Below the pieces are notes generated by a model, which was given only the letters and a program-made list of their open reading frames with translations, had not been told where the DNA came from and ran no database searches. DNA of 64,000 nucleotides from Auanema rhodensis (lineage: Eukaryota > Animalia > Nematoda), in the NCBI GenBank assembly GCA_964057225.1, contig OZ059895.1:14570001-14634000 (forward strand), given 5' to 3'. Both the position numbers and the translations under genes were made by a program. This document shows positions 23,118-37,509 of the stretch, piece by piece; positions within the stretch are counted from its first letter, which is position 1; the number at the start of each line of letters is the position of its first letter.

Positions 23118-26068
23118 CTAATCAACTCTATCTATATCTATAGTATTGGAATCATCGCCAAATTTAAAATTCGAATAAATCTCATTATACATTCCACCAC
23201 ATGACACAGTTGCTTTTAGTTTCACTGCAAGTAGATAAGATCCAGCTAACTTGCGATGAAGTGAGTAAATTTCTTCAGGAGGCGAAGTAAGTCTGAGTAA
23301 TAGAAACACTAATAAAAAAAAATAATTAAGAATCGATACCTATTTTCAAGCATGACAGGGATCATTTCATGAATTCGTTTGGTTAAAGTTTGCTTACTGA
23401 AGTCATAGGGATGATCACTTGCTAAGGTTTCACTAATAATTTTAATCGAAGCTATATGAGCTTCCTGCATAATCTGATTTTCATATCCAGTTAAGAAACC
23501 AATATCTTGTGAATATCTAAAGTGAAAGTTTACTATGAGAAAAACTTATCAAGCTAACGAACTCTAATATTTTTTTCTCGTCGGATTCATATGCTGCCTT
23601 TATGATTTTCATGTATTTATCAACGAATTCTTTCCCATAAGAACGAGAAGCTCCAAAATCAAGAAGGATTAGACGGGGCTCCCCTACATAAACATTTGTA
23701 TTAAACAAGTATATGTCATATCAAACCTGTAGTTGGGTGAACGCCTAAGTAGAAATTCGACCAGTTTGGATCTGTTTGCATGAATCTCCACACGAAGATC
23801 TTAAACACAAAAACAAAGTAGTAAAAAAGATATTCAATAATTACCTCGTTCAAACAAAGTTCAATAAATTTGCCAGCAATATAATCTCGGACAACTTGTG
23901 GTTCGTTCAAACACTTATCCACTGGTTTTCCAACAATGAATTCAGTTGTCAAAACTTGATCTGTAGAAAGATTATCAATAACCTAAAAAAGGAAATAAGC
24001 CTTTGAAAAAGAAATTAAAAAAACCTCCGGCACATAATAATCTTTAGAGCCAGCAAGAAGATTTCTAAATTCTCTAGTAGCTCTTGCTTCTCTCAAATAA
24101 TCACATTCTTGGCGTAATTCTCGACGAGCAACCTAATTGAAGGAATTAGTTTTTCATAGATTTAAATTAAATATACTTTAACAAACTCCTCGAGATGCAT
24201 TCCCTTAGGGAAAAGCCCTCCAACAGATAGTACCGAGACAAGATTATCGATGTCACAATCAATGCCTAGTAATAATCAAAAAATTAGAAATCAATATTTA
24301 GAAAGTACCTGCAGCTACACCAGGGTATTGAATTTTAACTGCTACTACACGACCATCTTTCAATACTGCTTTGTGTACCTAAAAATCAACAACTCATATA
24401 ACATGTCTCGATATTTGGCCAATATATTTTTAATTTGAAATTGAGAGTCAAAAATAAATAGAATGACGTAAGTTACACGTGAGAATCATTTCATATTAGA
24501 GCAAGTTAAATAACGGCTGGATCCGCTGTATACAACCAAAAAAGCATGAGAATAAAGTGAGATAACCAAAACAAAGAAAAAATGGGGAAATGAATTACCT
24601 CTCCAATAGAAGCAGCAGCAAACGGCCTTTCCTCAAAGGACTCAAAGTGGTCGCGCCAGTCGCTTCCAAAGGAAGCTTCCATTTGTTGGCTTACCTTTAA
24701 ATAAGTTTGAAATTCGAATTTAAAGCTAATTTCGGCTTACTTGTGCCATTGGCATGAAGTCTGCACTCTGTCTAACCCTCTCAAAAATTTCAAGAAGAGC
24801 TGGAGAAACAGTGTCGGCATCCTGTATCGATAACATTTGACCAAGTTTAAGTGCTGCTCCTCTAACCTAACATTGAATTGTAACTGTTTTTCCTCTTATA
24901 AGCTCCTTACTCTACAAAGAGTTTGCACGATTCTTTCCCCGTTAGCTGTGGAAAGAAAGGGGCTTTTCGTTTCTGCTTTGCCAATCCCGAAAGTTCTTCT
25001 CGTTATTTCTGCTGCTGCTCCTCCCGCTAATCCGATAGCTAATTGACCAAAATTCGCAAATCTAAACAGGATTCAAAACATAAGATCGTATTAATAAACA
25101 AACCTTCCAATACGGGTAGACGGCACTTTGCTTTCTTTGCTATTAGCTAGTATAGCAGATCTATCTTCTGCTTCTACTTTAAAATCTTTGGGGAGAGCAG
25201 GACGGTAAACCTTCAAATGAAATATTCAATATATATAACAATACTATACTATACATTGTCATGAGAGCTCATTAGTTTTTGAACTGCTTCTTCGTCATTG
25301 ACTGACTGTGCTGCTTTAATAAGAAATTGTTCTTCTTCTGGGGATAATCCAGTATCATTGACTTGTTCAGTGGTTGAAACTTGGATTGTAGGAATAGCAG
25401 ACCTTTGAGCTAAATATTCCGCATATCGTGCGAATTCATAGCCAAAATTCACCTATTTTAATGTTTTCTCCGAACATTGGAGCTGATACAGCTTCTACCT
25501 TTTTCGAGCCTAATTGTCCAAGCTTCTCTAAGTTAGGGAAAACATTTAAAGGAATTTGCATAGCTCCGCTTTTCACAAGATCTGCTACTCTAGTCAAGTT
25601 TTGAACTAAGTCAGGCGTTCGAAGACTACCCACACCAAAGACTTTTTCTCCATTCGAATTTACAGTATAACCTCCACTACCAGGAAGTACCCCTGAAATT
25701 GAAAAGAAACCATAGATAATTATCATTAGTTTACTGACCTTGAGAAATGAGTTGGGCAAAAGTCTTAATTCCCGTCGCTACAACGTTAGCCCGTTCTAAT
25801 GCATCTGTGATTGAAGTTCTAGACTAAAACAATGTGCTTCTAAACTTCTAAGAATATGGTTAAGCTCTACCTCGGTCGGATTTTGAGGATCAACAACATT
25901 TCCACCATTAACTGCTATTTGCAAACACTTCCGAGAAATTTTTTTTTCTACTTTACGACCCTCATACCCCAGTTGACTACGAAAAATTAAGCCTACTCCT
26001 TCAAGAATTGGTGAGATCTCCCGTTCACACTGGCGAATCAACGATATTAATCGCTGACCGTTATTCAT
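23118..26068 (-). CDS. coq-8: COQ8/ADCK3-4 atypical kinase (ABC1 family)
   Basis: [72 protein letters not shown]. Confidence 0.95.
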
Positions 26069-26548
26069 TGAGATCTACAAAAAATTCTCATTCATTAAAA
26101 AACTATAAGCATAATAATCTAGATTTAAAGAAAAACATGGAATAACATAGAACAGCACCTGCAGATGAATAATTAGAACAGTAAGAGAAAGTTATTTTTC
26201 TTTCGCAAATTTTTAGACTTTAAGAATATTTGAAAGTAATTATTAATTTTACAAGATATTTATGTTAATAAATAATAATTAATTAATATACAAGCTAGAA
26301 ATATAGCTATAACATCCTGTGCGTCGAAGAGCGTAATCCGAAGAAACACGCCAAGTAGGCGGAGCTTATGAACTCATTGTCGTTATTTACCGTATCTCAT
26401 ATAACCAGCTGAGGCACATGGCATGTATTGATTCAGTGTTCTTTGAGCTTCATAACAACTTGATTTGAATCATATTTGTATTAAAAGCGATTTGTACACA
26501 TATAATTCATTTCAGGAATGTTATAAGAGTGAATATTAGTCTAACATT

Positions 26549-29500
26549 ATGGAGGAACCGTCGTCAAACCCTAGTTCTGAGGTTAGTAATCATTTTATTA
26601 TCCTTTTTTTGGATTGACAGAGTAACTGTAATTGTCACTGTGGAATAGTTAGCAACAGTGGCAATAGCCATGCTGTAATCGTCCCCGGTGACCTTGTTAT
26701 CACTTTCGATAATATTCTGCGTACCCACCCGTTGACAATATGTTTGCATTATTTTGATTGTGTTTTTTCTAGGTGGTTTACGGATCCACTGGGTCTCCAC
26801 TTGGAGACGAAAATCGGGTAATGTCCGAGAAAGTACAAAATATGGCATCAGCCATTTATCGAGAATTTGAACTAATGATTCAAAAACAGGGAGAAGATGG
26901 TGTAAAGGTAGGTTATTATACTTTTTATTCGAGTATTTTGTTATTTTTATAGAATTTGATGCCACTTGTTGTAAATGTTCTTGAAACTCTTGATGTTACT
27001 CTCCTGGAAAGAGACGAAAATGCTGCTGATGTCGAAATTTTGAAAGAAGATAATGAGCAGTTACTGAATATGTTTGAAAGGGAAAAAGCTCTACGTAGGG
27101 CCGCAGAACAGGTTTGTTGTATACAACTTTTTTTACGAGAGCGTTTGCTTTACCAAAACATTTTTATAGAAATATATGGAAGTAGAAGATAATATGGTTG
27201 GAGAGAAGAAGGAACTTGAGAATAAGATACAGTCACTTGAATCAATAATGAGGATGCTTGAATTAAAAGCCAAGAATGCTGCTGATCATGGTATGCAGTA
27301 AATCAATATTCATAGTTTATGCTTTATCTTTTGCAGCTGCTCGTTTGGAAGAAAGGGAAGCTGAGCAGAAGCTCGAATTTGATCGTCTTCATGAAAGGTT
27401 GATACTTCTATTTAACTTTTTAGAAATTCCTTATTCAGATATAATACCCTTCTACGAACTCATGTGGATCATATGGAAAGAACGAAATATCTGATGGGAA
27501 ATGATAAATTTGAGATGATGCAGAATATGCCTTTACCCCAGCAACAACTCCGCACAAGGTGAGATTACGTTTTCTTCTTTTTTTGGATAGTTTCTGGTTG
27601 CGCTTGTATATGTATTAGCTTGATGTTGTGAGTTGGTGATGGCCATGACTGTAATCATAGTGCTGAAAGCTTTTTCTTCTAAAAACCGTTCAGGATGTAG
27701 TAGTGTTCCTTTGTTATAGCTTGTACCTGCCCTCTGGTTTGCAGTATTCGTGAGTTTTGCTACTTGTTTAGGGTGCATGATTTAAGAATCTTCATATTCT
27801 GTGCTACTATTTAGTGTGTTTCTGTTGCTTCTGTGATTTATGTTGTTTTTTTGTTCTTTATGTTAACATATTTTCAATATTTAAAATAACAATTTTTTAA
27901 AATTGATATGATATGTATATCATTCTAACTTTCCTGTTTTAGAATGGGAATGGCTGCTTCCGTTGATGCTTCCAATATTCGTGGTGTATCTGATTTAATC
28001 AGCGCTCATATGACCCAGAGTACCACTATGGATGTTAATCTTGCCAATCACATCACCGAAGGTTAGATACAATATCTGTTCAATCATTTTTTTCGTTTTT
28101 TAGCTGATTGGCAGGACGAGTTCTCTTCGGATGTAGAGCCTTCTCCAAGAGATCTCCCAGCTGAGAAGTTCGAAGTTCCACAAGAAGAGGAGAATCCACA
28201 AACTGAGAAGCGTATTGAACATACTTCACCAGAACATGCTGAAGTGAATAATGGGTATAATTTGAATTTCATGGAGTAATTTCTTGAATTCATTTTTTAG
28301 TGATGGACAAGAAGCCTCAGAAGTTGAAGATACCCTTGGAGCAGACCTCACAGGTATGAGTTTCTCCGTTTTATTACTTGAAAATACACACTCCCTATTG
28401 TTACCATTATTAATTCATAATTCACGTCTTCTTTTCACTATTATCTTTCTAAACGTATAGGAAACATCGTTGATCCTGCAGAATTTGCCTCAGCCGGTAG
28501 GGTTCATGATAATGTAGTAATCGTGAATATTATTATTGTGTTGTCAAGCTTTAAGTTATGTCCTTTTGCACATTTCTTGTGGAATCCCACTTCTATTAGT
28601 TCACTTTTCCCCTTTTGCTTGTTTGCTTTATTTTATCGTTGTGTTGTGTAGATCTATTGGATGAGGACTTCGATTTCGAACCAAAGCATAGGATACGATC
28701 AACATCAGAAGAGTCGGATGATCTGGGTATGATTATTTATGTTTTTCTCGTGGTTGCATGAATGGGTATGAAAGTTGAACTTTAAATTGCACGTCACTGG
28801 CATTTGCACGCTAAGCCATCTAACTTTAATTTTCTATTTTCTAACCTTCTGATTTCAGTTAATGATACATTCATAGGTGGGTTTTTGTTGTGTTGTTCAA
28901 CCATTTGTGTTGTGAAAACAAATAATCTTTCGGAGGGGGTGCGGGGGATTTTTAATATACGAGCGAAAAAACAATTTTATGTTATGAGTCTCAAATCGGT
29001 TATTTATCAGAGATTTTTTTTTAAAAAACTAATCCTGTCATGAAAATAGTTAATTTTGCCAAAAAAAATAACAATTCGTAAAAGCATGGCTTGATCGGAA
29101 GATGTATCTTTCTGGTTTTCTAACAAGGCTCATTCAGGAATGGGACGTGAAGTTGAAAATCTTATCAAAGAAAATACTGAACTTATGGACATGAAGAATG
29201 CTCTTAACATTGTCAAGAATGACTTGATTGCTCGTGTTGATGAGCTGAGCAGGTTGTACCTTTGTTCTAATTTGGTTTTACGTGAATTTCTTTGTAGTGA
29301 GAATGACATTCTCCGTGATGAAGTTCGCAGTCTTGAGATGGTTAGGATTAAGATGGGAGATACAATTGAGAAGTTGGAAGAAGAAATCAAATCATCTAAA
29401 CTAAAATTAACAGAGAAAGAAACTGAAAATGAAGAGGTTAACTTAACACTCAGAATCCTTTTTTATGTATTAGTTCTAGGAAGAAGTACCGAATGCCCAT

Positions 29501-32500
29501 AGGAAGCGATTCACTAGATCCGAAATGCAGAGAGTTCTTATTGATAGAAACTCCTATAAGGTATATCAGCAATTTCTGTTTAATTTTTAGTTGCCGTTTC
29601 TTAGGAAAAACTTATGGAGCTGGAAGAATCTCTGAAGTGGACTGAAATGCAAAGAGCTAGAAAACTTCAACAACAACAAGATATTCCTCCGAAGAAGGGA
29701 GCAGGCATTTGGGACTTGTGAGTACATAGCTATATTTCTTTCATATCATCTTTTTCTTCATTTTAGCTTCTCAAATCTATTTGGAGAAACGGCCTCACCC
29801 CCCCACCGCCGCAGAGCTGGATTTGATGGACGGAAACAGATGACACGAAGTGTAGAGTACATTGATCCTGAAATGTCAGTGGCTCCATAAGAGTTTTTTT
29901 TTTGTGCTTTTAAATTAGTATTACATTATCTCAGGAGTTTTAAAAAAAACATAGTTAGTTTTAGAAAAGGGTCATGGTTTTTTTTGTGTACAAAATAATG
30001 TCTTAGAGTTTGTTATTGAGATGACCGCGGTTTTTCTGTTATATTTGCCATACAAAATTTGTTTTCAACGGGTTAGATTAAGTGACCTTATGGATTTTAT
30101 ATTAAAGATTGATTGTTGTGTTGTGTTGTGAAGTTTGGGCAACTTACTGAATTAATATGTTTAGGATCTCTGAAAGAAGACAAGCTGAACGACGTCAGCA
30201 GTATAAATTGGTTAGGGAACATGTAAAGCGTGATGACAGTGGGCGAATTGAGGTATTCATTTCCATATCCGGAATTTTCACATATCTTGAGCTGTTAGGC
30301 TTATGGCTGGTCTCTTCCTGCAATTGAATCCCTTCCATCGTCGCCGATGGTACCTGTCCCTGTATGTTGTCGACCTTTGATGGATACTCAACCAAATATA
30401 AAGGTTTTCCCTAACATGGAATATGCTATCTAGGTTCAATTTCTAGGTTTGGTGTTCAACTGGGGTCACGTTAAGAGGTGGTCGTAATGAGGACGGGACA
30501 TATATAACAGGAAATCCCGTTTACTTTTCACCTTGTGCCAAAAAATTGCCAAAATCTGAAGATAATGAGAGAGAGCTTGAAACTGAAATCCTGGTACTCC
30601 TTTGTGAATATTTCAAAATTAAAATGCTGTTTCAGAGAGCACATGCTATTGATGCTCGGGAAAGTGAATTAAGAGAATGGGAATCATCGTCTCTCGTCTG
30701 GATAGGAAGTTCTAATCAAGGAAGAAGCTTAGTTGCTATCCTAGATGCTAACAATCCTAATAATGTCATTGATACATTCGAAGCTTGCGAAAGCCATCTG
30801 CTTTGTATGCAGGGTATTCCTGGTGAGTGTATACATTATATTGGTTCAGCTGAATTTATTTGATTTGAAGGTGTATTGGAGGATGATCCACATATTAGTG
30901 AAAATACAGCTAAAAAATACTTGTGTGGAGGAGGAAAAGTAAAGGATTCGCCAACTGGTGAGAGAAAATAGTGTTTACCTATTCAATTTGTTCGTCTTTG
31001 AGATCTGGAAACTATTCCTGAGCTTGGAGCTTGTGAATGGATTGAGTTACGCAAGCTAGAAGATTGTGAAGATGGAATTCCAACGTACTGTCCTAATGAT
31101 GTGAAGCCTAGTCCAAAACGATCTCGTGACTGTTTGTTTCTTGTCTCAATTTAGTTTATACAAATATATTTCAGTTAGTGTATGCGACGCAGAAGCTGCT
31201 ACAGCAACTGCTGAGACCGAAGGTATGATTATTTAATTTTATTCAAGTTAAAGTAGCTTAGTGTATCATGGAAGAAATCTAGTTTTTCTCCTATTTAGCT
31301 AAGGTCGTGCGTATAGAGGAGGCTGAAGAAGCCTGTGAATCTACTGATTATGGGGCAATTCTTCTAAGCCTACCCATTATACCCCTTGAAAAACTGAAAG
31401 ATAGCAAAGGTGGATTATGTGTAGTGTGGTCTTGTGATCTGTCTGCTTTTCTATCTCTTTCAGTTGCTCACATTATTTATTCACACTACTCAATTATTTT
31501 TATTCATTTGAAAGTTATGCTTCAGAACCTGCCGAGAAACCAAAAGTTGGAAGAGCCGCTTTTCCACCCCATATCCGAGACGCTATGAGCAAATATGATG
31601 CATTATCCAGTAACATCACTACAGCTTTGCCAACAGTTTGGCTTGGAAGTCAGAATCAATAGTACGAATTTCACTCACTGAATTATATATTTCAAGTATT
31701 ATTTTTCAGTATATTCGTTCATTCTGCTGTTGGTTCATGGAACAAATGTCTAAGAAGATTGAAACTTCCTGACGCTGTTCTCAGCATTGTGTATGTTTGA
31801 ATTATTATATGCACTATTGAAGTTAACGTTGTTTGTTTAGCCATTTCAAAGGAAGGGTGTTTGCTGCATTAGCCAATGGAACAATAGCAGTATTTCATCG
31901 TGATAAAAGTAATTTTGTTATTAATGATGTAAATTTGAAAACGTATTGTTAAGATGGAGAATGGAGTGATGCCGGATATCATTCAATTAGAGTTGGTAAA
32001 GCGACTTCTTCAGTACGATCACTTTGTGTTGTTGGAGGTGAGCTATTTTATGCCCTGATTCACTTGATTACTTGATTTTAGGTAATATCTGGGGAGCATA
32101 TAAGAACTGTATTGTAGTAATAGATGGGGAAAGCTTACAAGTTGTGGTATGATTATATATGTGGTATAATATTAAAGAATCACATTCTTATAGAAAATAT
32201 TTGCTGCTCATCCTCGAAAAGACAGTCAAGTTCGTAATATGCAATGGGTTGGTGCTGGTGTTTGGATCAGCATCCGCCTCGACTCCTCACTTAGGCTGTT
32301 CCATGCTCATACGTTTGAACACCTGCAAGATGTTGATATTGAACCGTATGTAACGAAAATGCTTGGTAAGTAATTTTGATGTAATTAGTTCAACCGATCA
32401 ATACGCCTTAAATTTAATTTTTTACGTGAGAACTCACGTAATTCTATCAAAATGAATGAAAATATATTTACACGTGAAAGTTCACGTATATTCAAAATTA

Positions 32501-33179
32501 ATTTCAAAGAATTATGTTTTAGGTACCTCGCGGTTAGACTTCTCATACATGAGAATCACTGCCTTACTTGTATCGAACCGTCGTTTATGGATTGGAACGG
32601 GCACTGGAGTTGTGATATCTGTCCCTTTGAGTGATAGTAAGCCAATTATAATAATTCAATATATATGTATAAATTGCTTTCCAGCCCTCGAGCAGAAGGT
32701 GGAGACAGCCTCCCACGAAAGTAAAAAGAGCATTGGTCCCGGTGGTTTGGTGCGGGTGTATGCTAAAAGTTCGACGCCAGGCGGCGATAATCAAGTAATC
32801 GTTCTTATTATATTCAATTATTGAAATATTGAATTTAGACTAAATTAAAATCATCAGGAGATTACATTCCATACTGTAACCTAACGCAGGCTCAATTATC
32901 ATTCCATGGTCATAAGGATAGTGTCAAATTTTTCCTTTCTGTTCCTGGAGAAGCTACTGAAGATGAAACTGAACTTCGTAAGATGCTTGTTATGTCAGGA
33001 GGAGATGGTTACATTGACTTCCGCATGGGTAAGTTGATTATTTCATATTACATATTATATTTTGATTTCTAGGAGAAGAAAATGAACCTGAACGTAAAGA
33101 AGATAAAATACTTGTGAGAGATATGTCTCACCTCATTATTTGGGAAGTTGATGCTGATCTCCCCGTATTATCGTCATAA
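26549..33179 (+). CDS. unc-16: JNK-interacting protein 3 (JIP3/Sunday driver)
   Basis: RH1 region [65 protein letters not shown]40 C-terminus [11 protein letters not shown]...[10 protein letters not shown]. Confidence 0.96.
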
Positions 33180-33555
33180 ACTTTTCTAAATTTGTTTCTA
33201 AAAATGCTTATTAAAGCCATGTTTCTCTGCATGCATTTAGTGCACTATTCGCCCGAACTATGCCAGGTTTTTCTCTTGAATTTATTGTTTTCTATGCAAG
33301 GGAATTAGTTAGATAATCTTTCATATTGGCTTTATGTGGTATTGAAGCCGCGGTCTATGCACTCTTATAACTATTGCTTTCTTTCTAGTCACTTTTATGT
33401 GATTTACACAGTTTACCCTATGTTTGTGATATTTCTCATGTAATTAAACTAATAAACTTTTTTTTTAATTTCCAATTTAGGTTGTTGTTTAATTCAAAGT
33501 CGTATTTAATTTTCTTTTATTTTCCACGAGTACATTTACAAATAGACTGAGACAA

Positions 33556-33952
33556 ATGTTTCGAGTACAGCACTGTTTAAAAGCAAAGGAGTTCTTCGTT
33601 ACATTCGGTAGAAAATTTTTAGTTAAAAGTTATAAAAATGTTATTTATTATAGCTAGCGGCAATAAGGCGTTCTTACAGTATGCGGAATTGCCCGGAAAA
33701 ATCTTAGACTTCCAACATACTTATACCCCTGTTGATGGAAGAGGAAAGGGAATTGCAAAGTTGTTAGTTACTGTAAGTGTTGTTGTTATTACTGAGAATC
33801 AGTTGAGGTAATATCTATAGGAAGGATTCAAATATGCAGCTGACAACAACTACAAAGTTGAGCCCACTTGCACATATGTTGCCAAGTATGTAGATGAAAT
33901 GGCTACTGAAGATGAGAAGAAAATCTCTACCACTTATAAAAGCTCAATCTAA
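33556..33952 (+). CDS. NATD1: NATD1/YjdJ-type GNAT-fold protein
   Basis: LDFQHTYTPVDGRGKGIAKLLV...KVEPTCTYVAKY. Confidence 0.85.
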
Positions 33953-34204
33953 GCAACGATTACATGACGTACTTCCATTCAACTAGTAATTTAATTTTTT
34001 TAATATTATTATAAAATGAGAAATGAAGATGAATATATAGTTAGTAATCAATAGAAATATCAAAAATGAAGTATTTATTCATTAAATAAGGACATGCCAT
34101 GAAAAAGAATATGATACATACTCAAATAAAAAATTAATTTTACAGAAAAACGGAATGTATTAGACGAGTAAAATGCTTTTATCATTGTATTTGTATTGTG
34201 TTTA

Positions 34205-35475
34205 TTACTTCAAACGCGCTTCTTTCCGTTCGTAAACCAGTTGGCACTGCCATCTTTTGTAATTTCCTCCCGAATCTTCTCGTCCGCTTTTGGATCAGTT
34301 TTGGACAAATGACGGAATCCTTCGTCACCAACAAAACAAATTTCATGGTTATCCTTCAAAATAATCGTAAATCATTTCGTTTTGATAAACTTTAGTTTAC
34401 CGGATCTGCCAAAATCAGAACTTGAACACAAGCTTTGCCAGGAGTAGGTAAAGTAACCAGTTCTTTCAAGATAGTTAGCTTTGAAGCCTTCATTTTCTCT
34501 TGAAGAGGAGCAAGCTGGTAAGAATTGGTTGTCATCAAGGGATACAGCAAAGTAACAAACCTTAGCTCCAGGAATCGCAAAAGCAATGCGTCCATATGCG
34601 GAAGCTCGATCAAGAGCAGTACCCTCTTTCAGTTGCCGTAGCTCCCAAATACACTGAAAGTCTATTTTTGCTCTATCGTTAGTACAAAGTTATCGCACCT
34701 GCTTTTCGCCAAATGATAATTGAGCCGTCTTATTAGTTTCGTCATATTTAATTCTTTTCATATTATGTACGCCACACCAATAAGCTGAATTAAAATATGT
34801 TCATTATCAGACTCTAACTTAATTTACCTAAGCTGTTTTCAAGGTTTTCAACGTTTACAGCACATCGAACAATCTTTGATGGCTGGCTAGTCTGGCCATT
34901 AGCAATAAAGAAGCGGTGACCATCAGGATCAACGATCTATAGATGCAAGACTATTTGCAATACGTGAAATATGCTCAACAAACCACAAGTTTTCCACAAG
35001 GACGAACTTCATAATTACCACGAGCTTTGACAGTATTGAAAACTTCTTCAGACTCGATGAAAATGGCCTATGTTTCGTTCATTCGCTTTGAGAAAACATA
35101 TCAAAAAGCCTTACAAACAAGTCATTTCCCTGGGTGTACGACGAGATTTCATAATTGTAAGTAAGTTCAAGTACGAAGTGTTTATCTTCATCTCCATAGC
35201 CAACCATCGTTTTGCTCCATTTTCCATTGTATGGTCTAAATACAACAATTTACTTCTTTGACTTGAATGAGGATAATGTCATACCCATTGCATTCAGCTT
35301 GGCATCCTTCGGTGAATTCTTCATGACGAAGTATCTAAACAAACCTTGAAAACGAAAGTAAAAACTCTAATTATACCTTCATCTTCAAAACTTTGGTGAA
35401 GAAATCATAGGAAGCTTTACGATTTCCAATTTTTAAAACGTAGTGAAGAGAACGGGCCGACATGACTTCAGGCAT
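34205..35475 (-). CDS. glod-4: Glyoxalase domain-containing protein 4
   Basis: [42 protein letters not shown]. Confidence 0.92.
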
Positions 35476-35911
35476 CTCTCAGTCTGAAGTGATGAATCTT
35501 CATTTCAGTCGTCAATTCAATAACAAAATGAAAAGAATCGCGAAGAGGAAATACAATGGAAAAGGTGATATCATATCAAACAAATTTCGCTCGTTTTTGT
35601 GCAAGTATAAAGCACCAACTGATAAACATATCTTTAAAAGTGATGATTAAAAATGTTTATTCTAGTAGAAGTATCTATCTGGATGCCTAGCAACGCTTAG
35701 CAATTATACTATAAAACTTTCTGTTGAAGTCATAAACTTTCCAGAACAAATTTGAAAACAATATATTCTAGAAAATATTTTACTATGTAATAAGAAAAAC
35801 TAAAAATGATATGAAAAATGTCCTGAACACGGTTGATTCAGGAAGTATGACATAACAAATGTTTTGCGCAACAACCTTGTCCAAGCATTATAGGGCCCAA
35901 TTGTGTTGGAT

Positions 35912-37212
35912 CTACTTGCTTTCCTTGAGGAACTGGTAGACAACACCGAAGTCCTTGCCAGAGTACTCGGGAGACTGAGCAAGAAGGCGGTACAGCTGGT
36001 GAGCTAAGGAGCCCAAGGGGGTTGGCGCTTGAACATTGGTGGCTGCATTTTGGGCAAGAGAAAGATCCTATAAATTATATATAATTTAATTTTCAAATTT
36101 AATCAGCTGATAGTACACCATACCTTTGCCATTAATGCGCTACCAAAACCTCCTTGATATCCCTTGCTTGGAGGAATTCCTTCTATTACTCCTGGGACAG
36201 GATTGTATGTGTCAGATGACCAGCATCTTCCGGATGATGTGTTTATAATTGAAGCTAATTGCTTGGGGTTTAATCCCATCCTTAAACAAACAGGATGTAC
36301 CACACGAAAGATAAAAAGCAGTTTTACTTGACTCCAAGATTCATAGTTTCAGCTACTCCTACCATCTCAATACCCAAAAGCATATTGTTGCAGATCTTTG
36401 CAGCTTGCCCGTTGCCAACCTTGCCGCAGTCAACCTAGTAATTTGATTACTAATTTGATCTTTTAGGCAGCAAATGTGCTTACAATGTTCTTGCCCATTA
36501 ATTTGAGATATGTGCTTGCTCGTTCAAAAGTTTTTGGACACTCGCCACTACCAACCATGAAGGTAAGGGTTCCAGCTTGGGCTCCTATACGAGAAAATTG
36601 AATTAAAGTTTCAATCAAACTGATAATATACCACCAACGCCTCCTGAAACTGGAGCATCGATATACTTGCTGGATTTTTTGTTGCATAAAGCAGAAACCT
36701 AAAAAATATTTTTTTAAAATAAAACTTTGCAAAATATGTTGAGTTAATAACCCCAACTATATTTGGAAATCAAAGAGGTGGATAAAGGTAAATTGGCAGG
36801 AACCATTACCTCGAGGGAAGCAACTTGGTCGATGGTTGAGGAGTCCATGCATAAAGTGTCAGGTTGCATAGTTCTATTTTAAAAATAGTATATATCACAA
36901 TCCAAACAGGGGATACTCACTTCAATAGACCAGAATCTCCTCCATAAACCTCACGAACATGTGGGCTACTTGGAAGCATAGTGACAATGTTTTTGGAAGC
37001 AGCAGCAACATCGGCTGGATGTGCAGCAACTTCACAACCGTCAGCCTTAAAGCTAGGGTTCAAGACGAACATAGTTTTCAGGTAATAACCTTAAATTGGT
37101 CAACAGTACTCTTGTTGACATCATAGATGATCAACTTGTGACCATTTCTCATAAGGTTACGGGCCATATGCCCACCCATATTTCCTAGACCAATAAACCC
37201 GACAAGAGACAT
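35912..37212 (-). CDS. HIBADH: 3-hydroxyisobutyrate dehydrogenase
   Basis: [51 protein letters not shown]. Confidence 0.95.
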
Positions 37213-37509
37213 CTAAAACGTTGAGGTAGAAAACTTATTGAAAATGAAAGAATAACAATCACAAGACAAACTGACACAATTTCTAAGAAGACACTATGAT
37301 AAGAACAAATCGATAGTACGGCAACGAACAACTCAAAAAAATAATTTTCGGGAAATCCGATGATAAGAAAAAGTGAACTGAAAAAAATCTTAGCACTATT
37401 TATTCTACTCAGAGCAGTTTAGTGCATCAAGTTCTACAATGTGGCTAATATCTTTATAAACTTTAATGAAAAAAATTGAAAATTTTCATATAAATCAACA
37501 CTAACAAAT

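Noticed and set aside
26564-26965. 133-aa minus-strand ORF
   Set aside because: Antisense to unc-16 exons and introns, with no recognisable protein features
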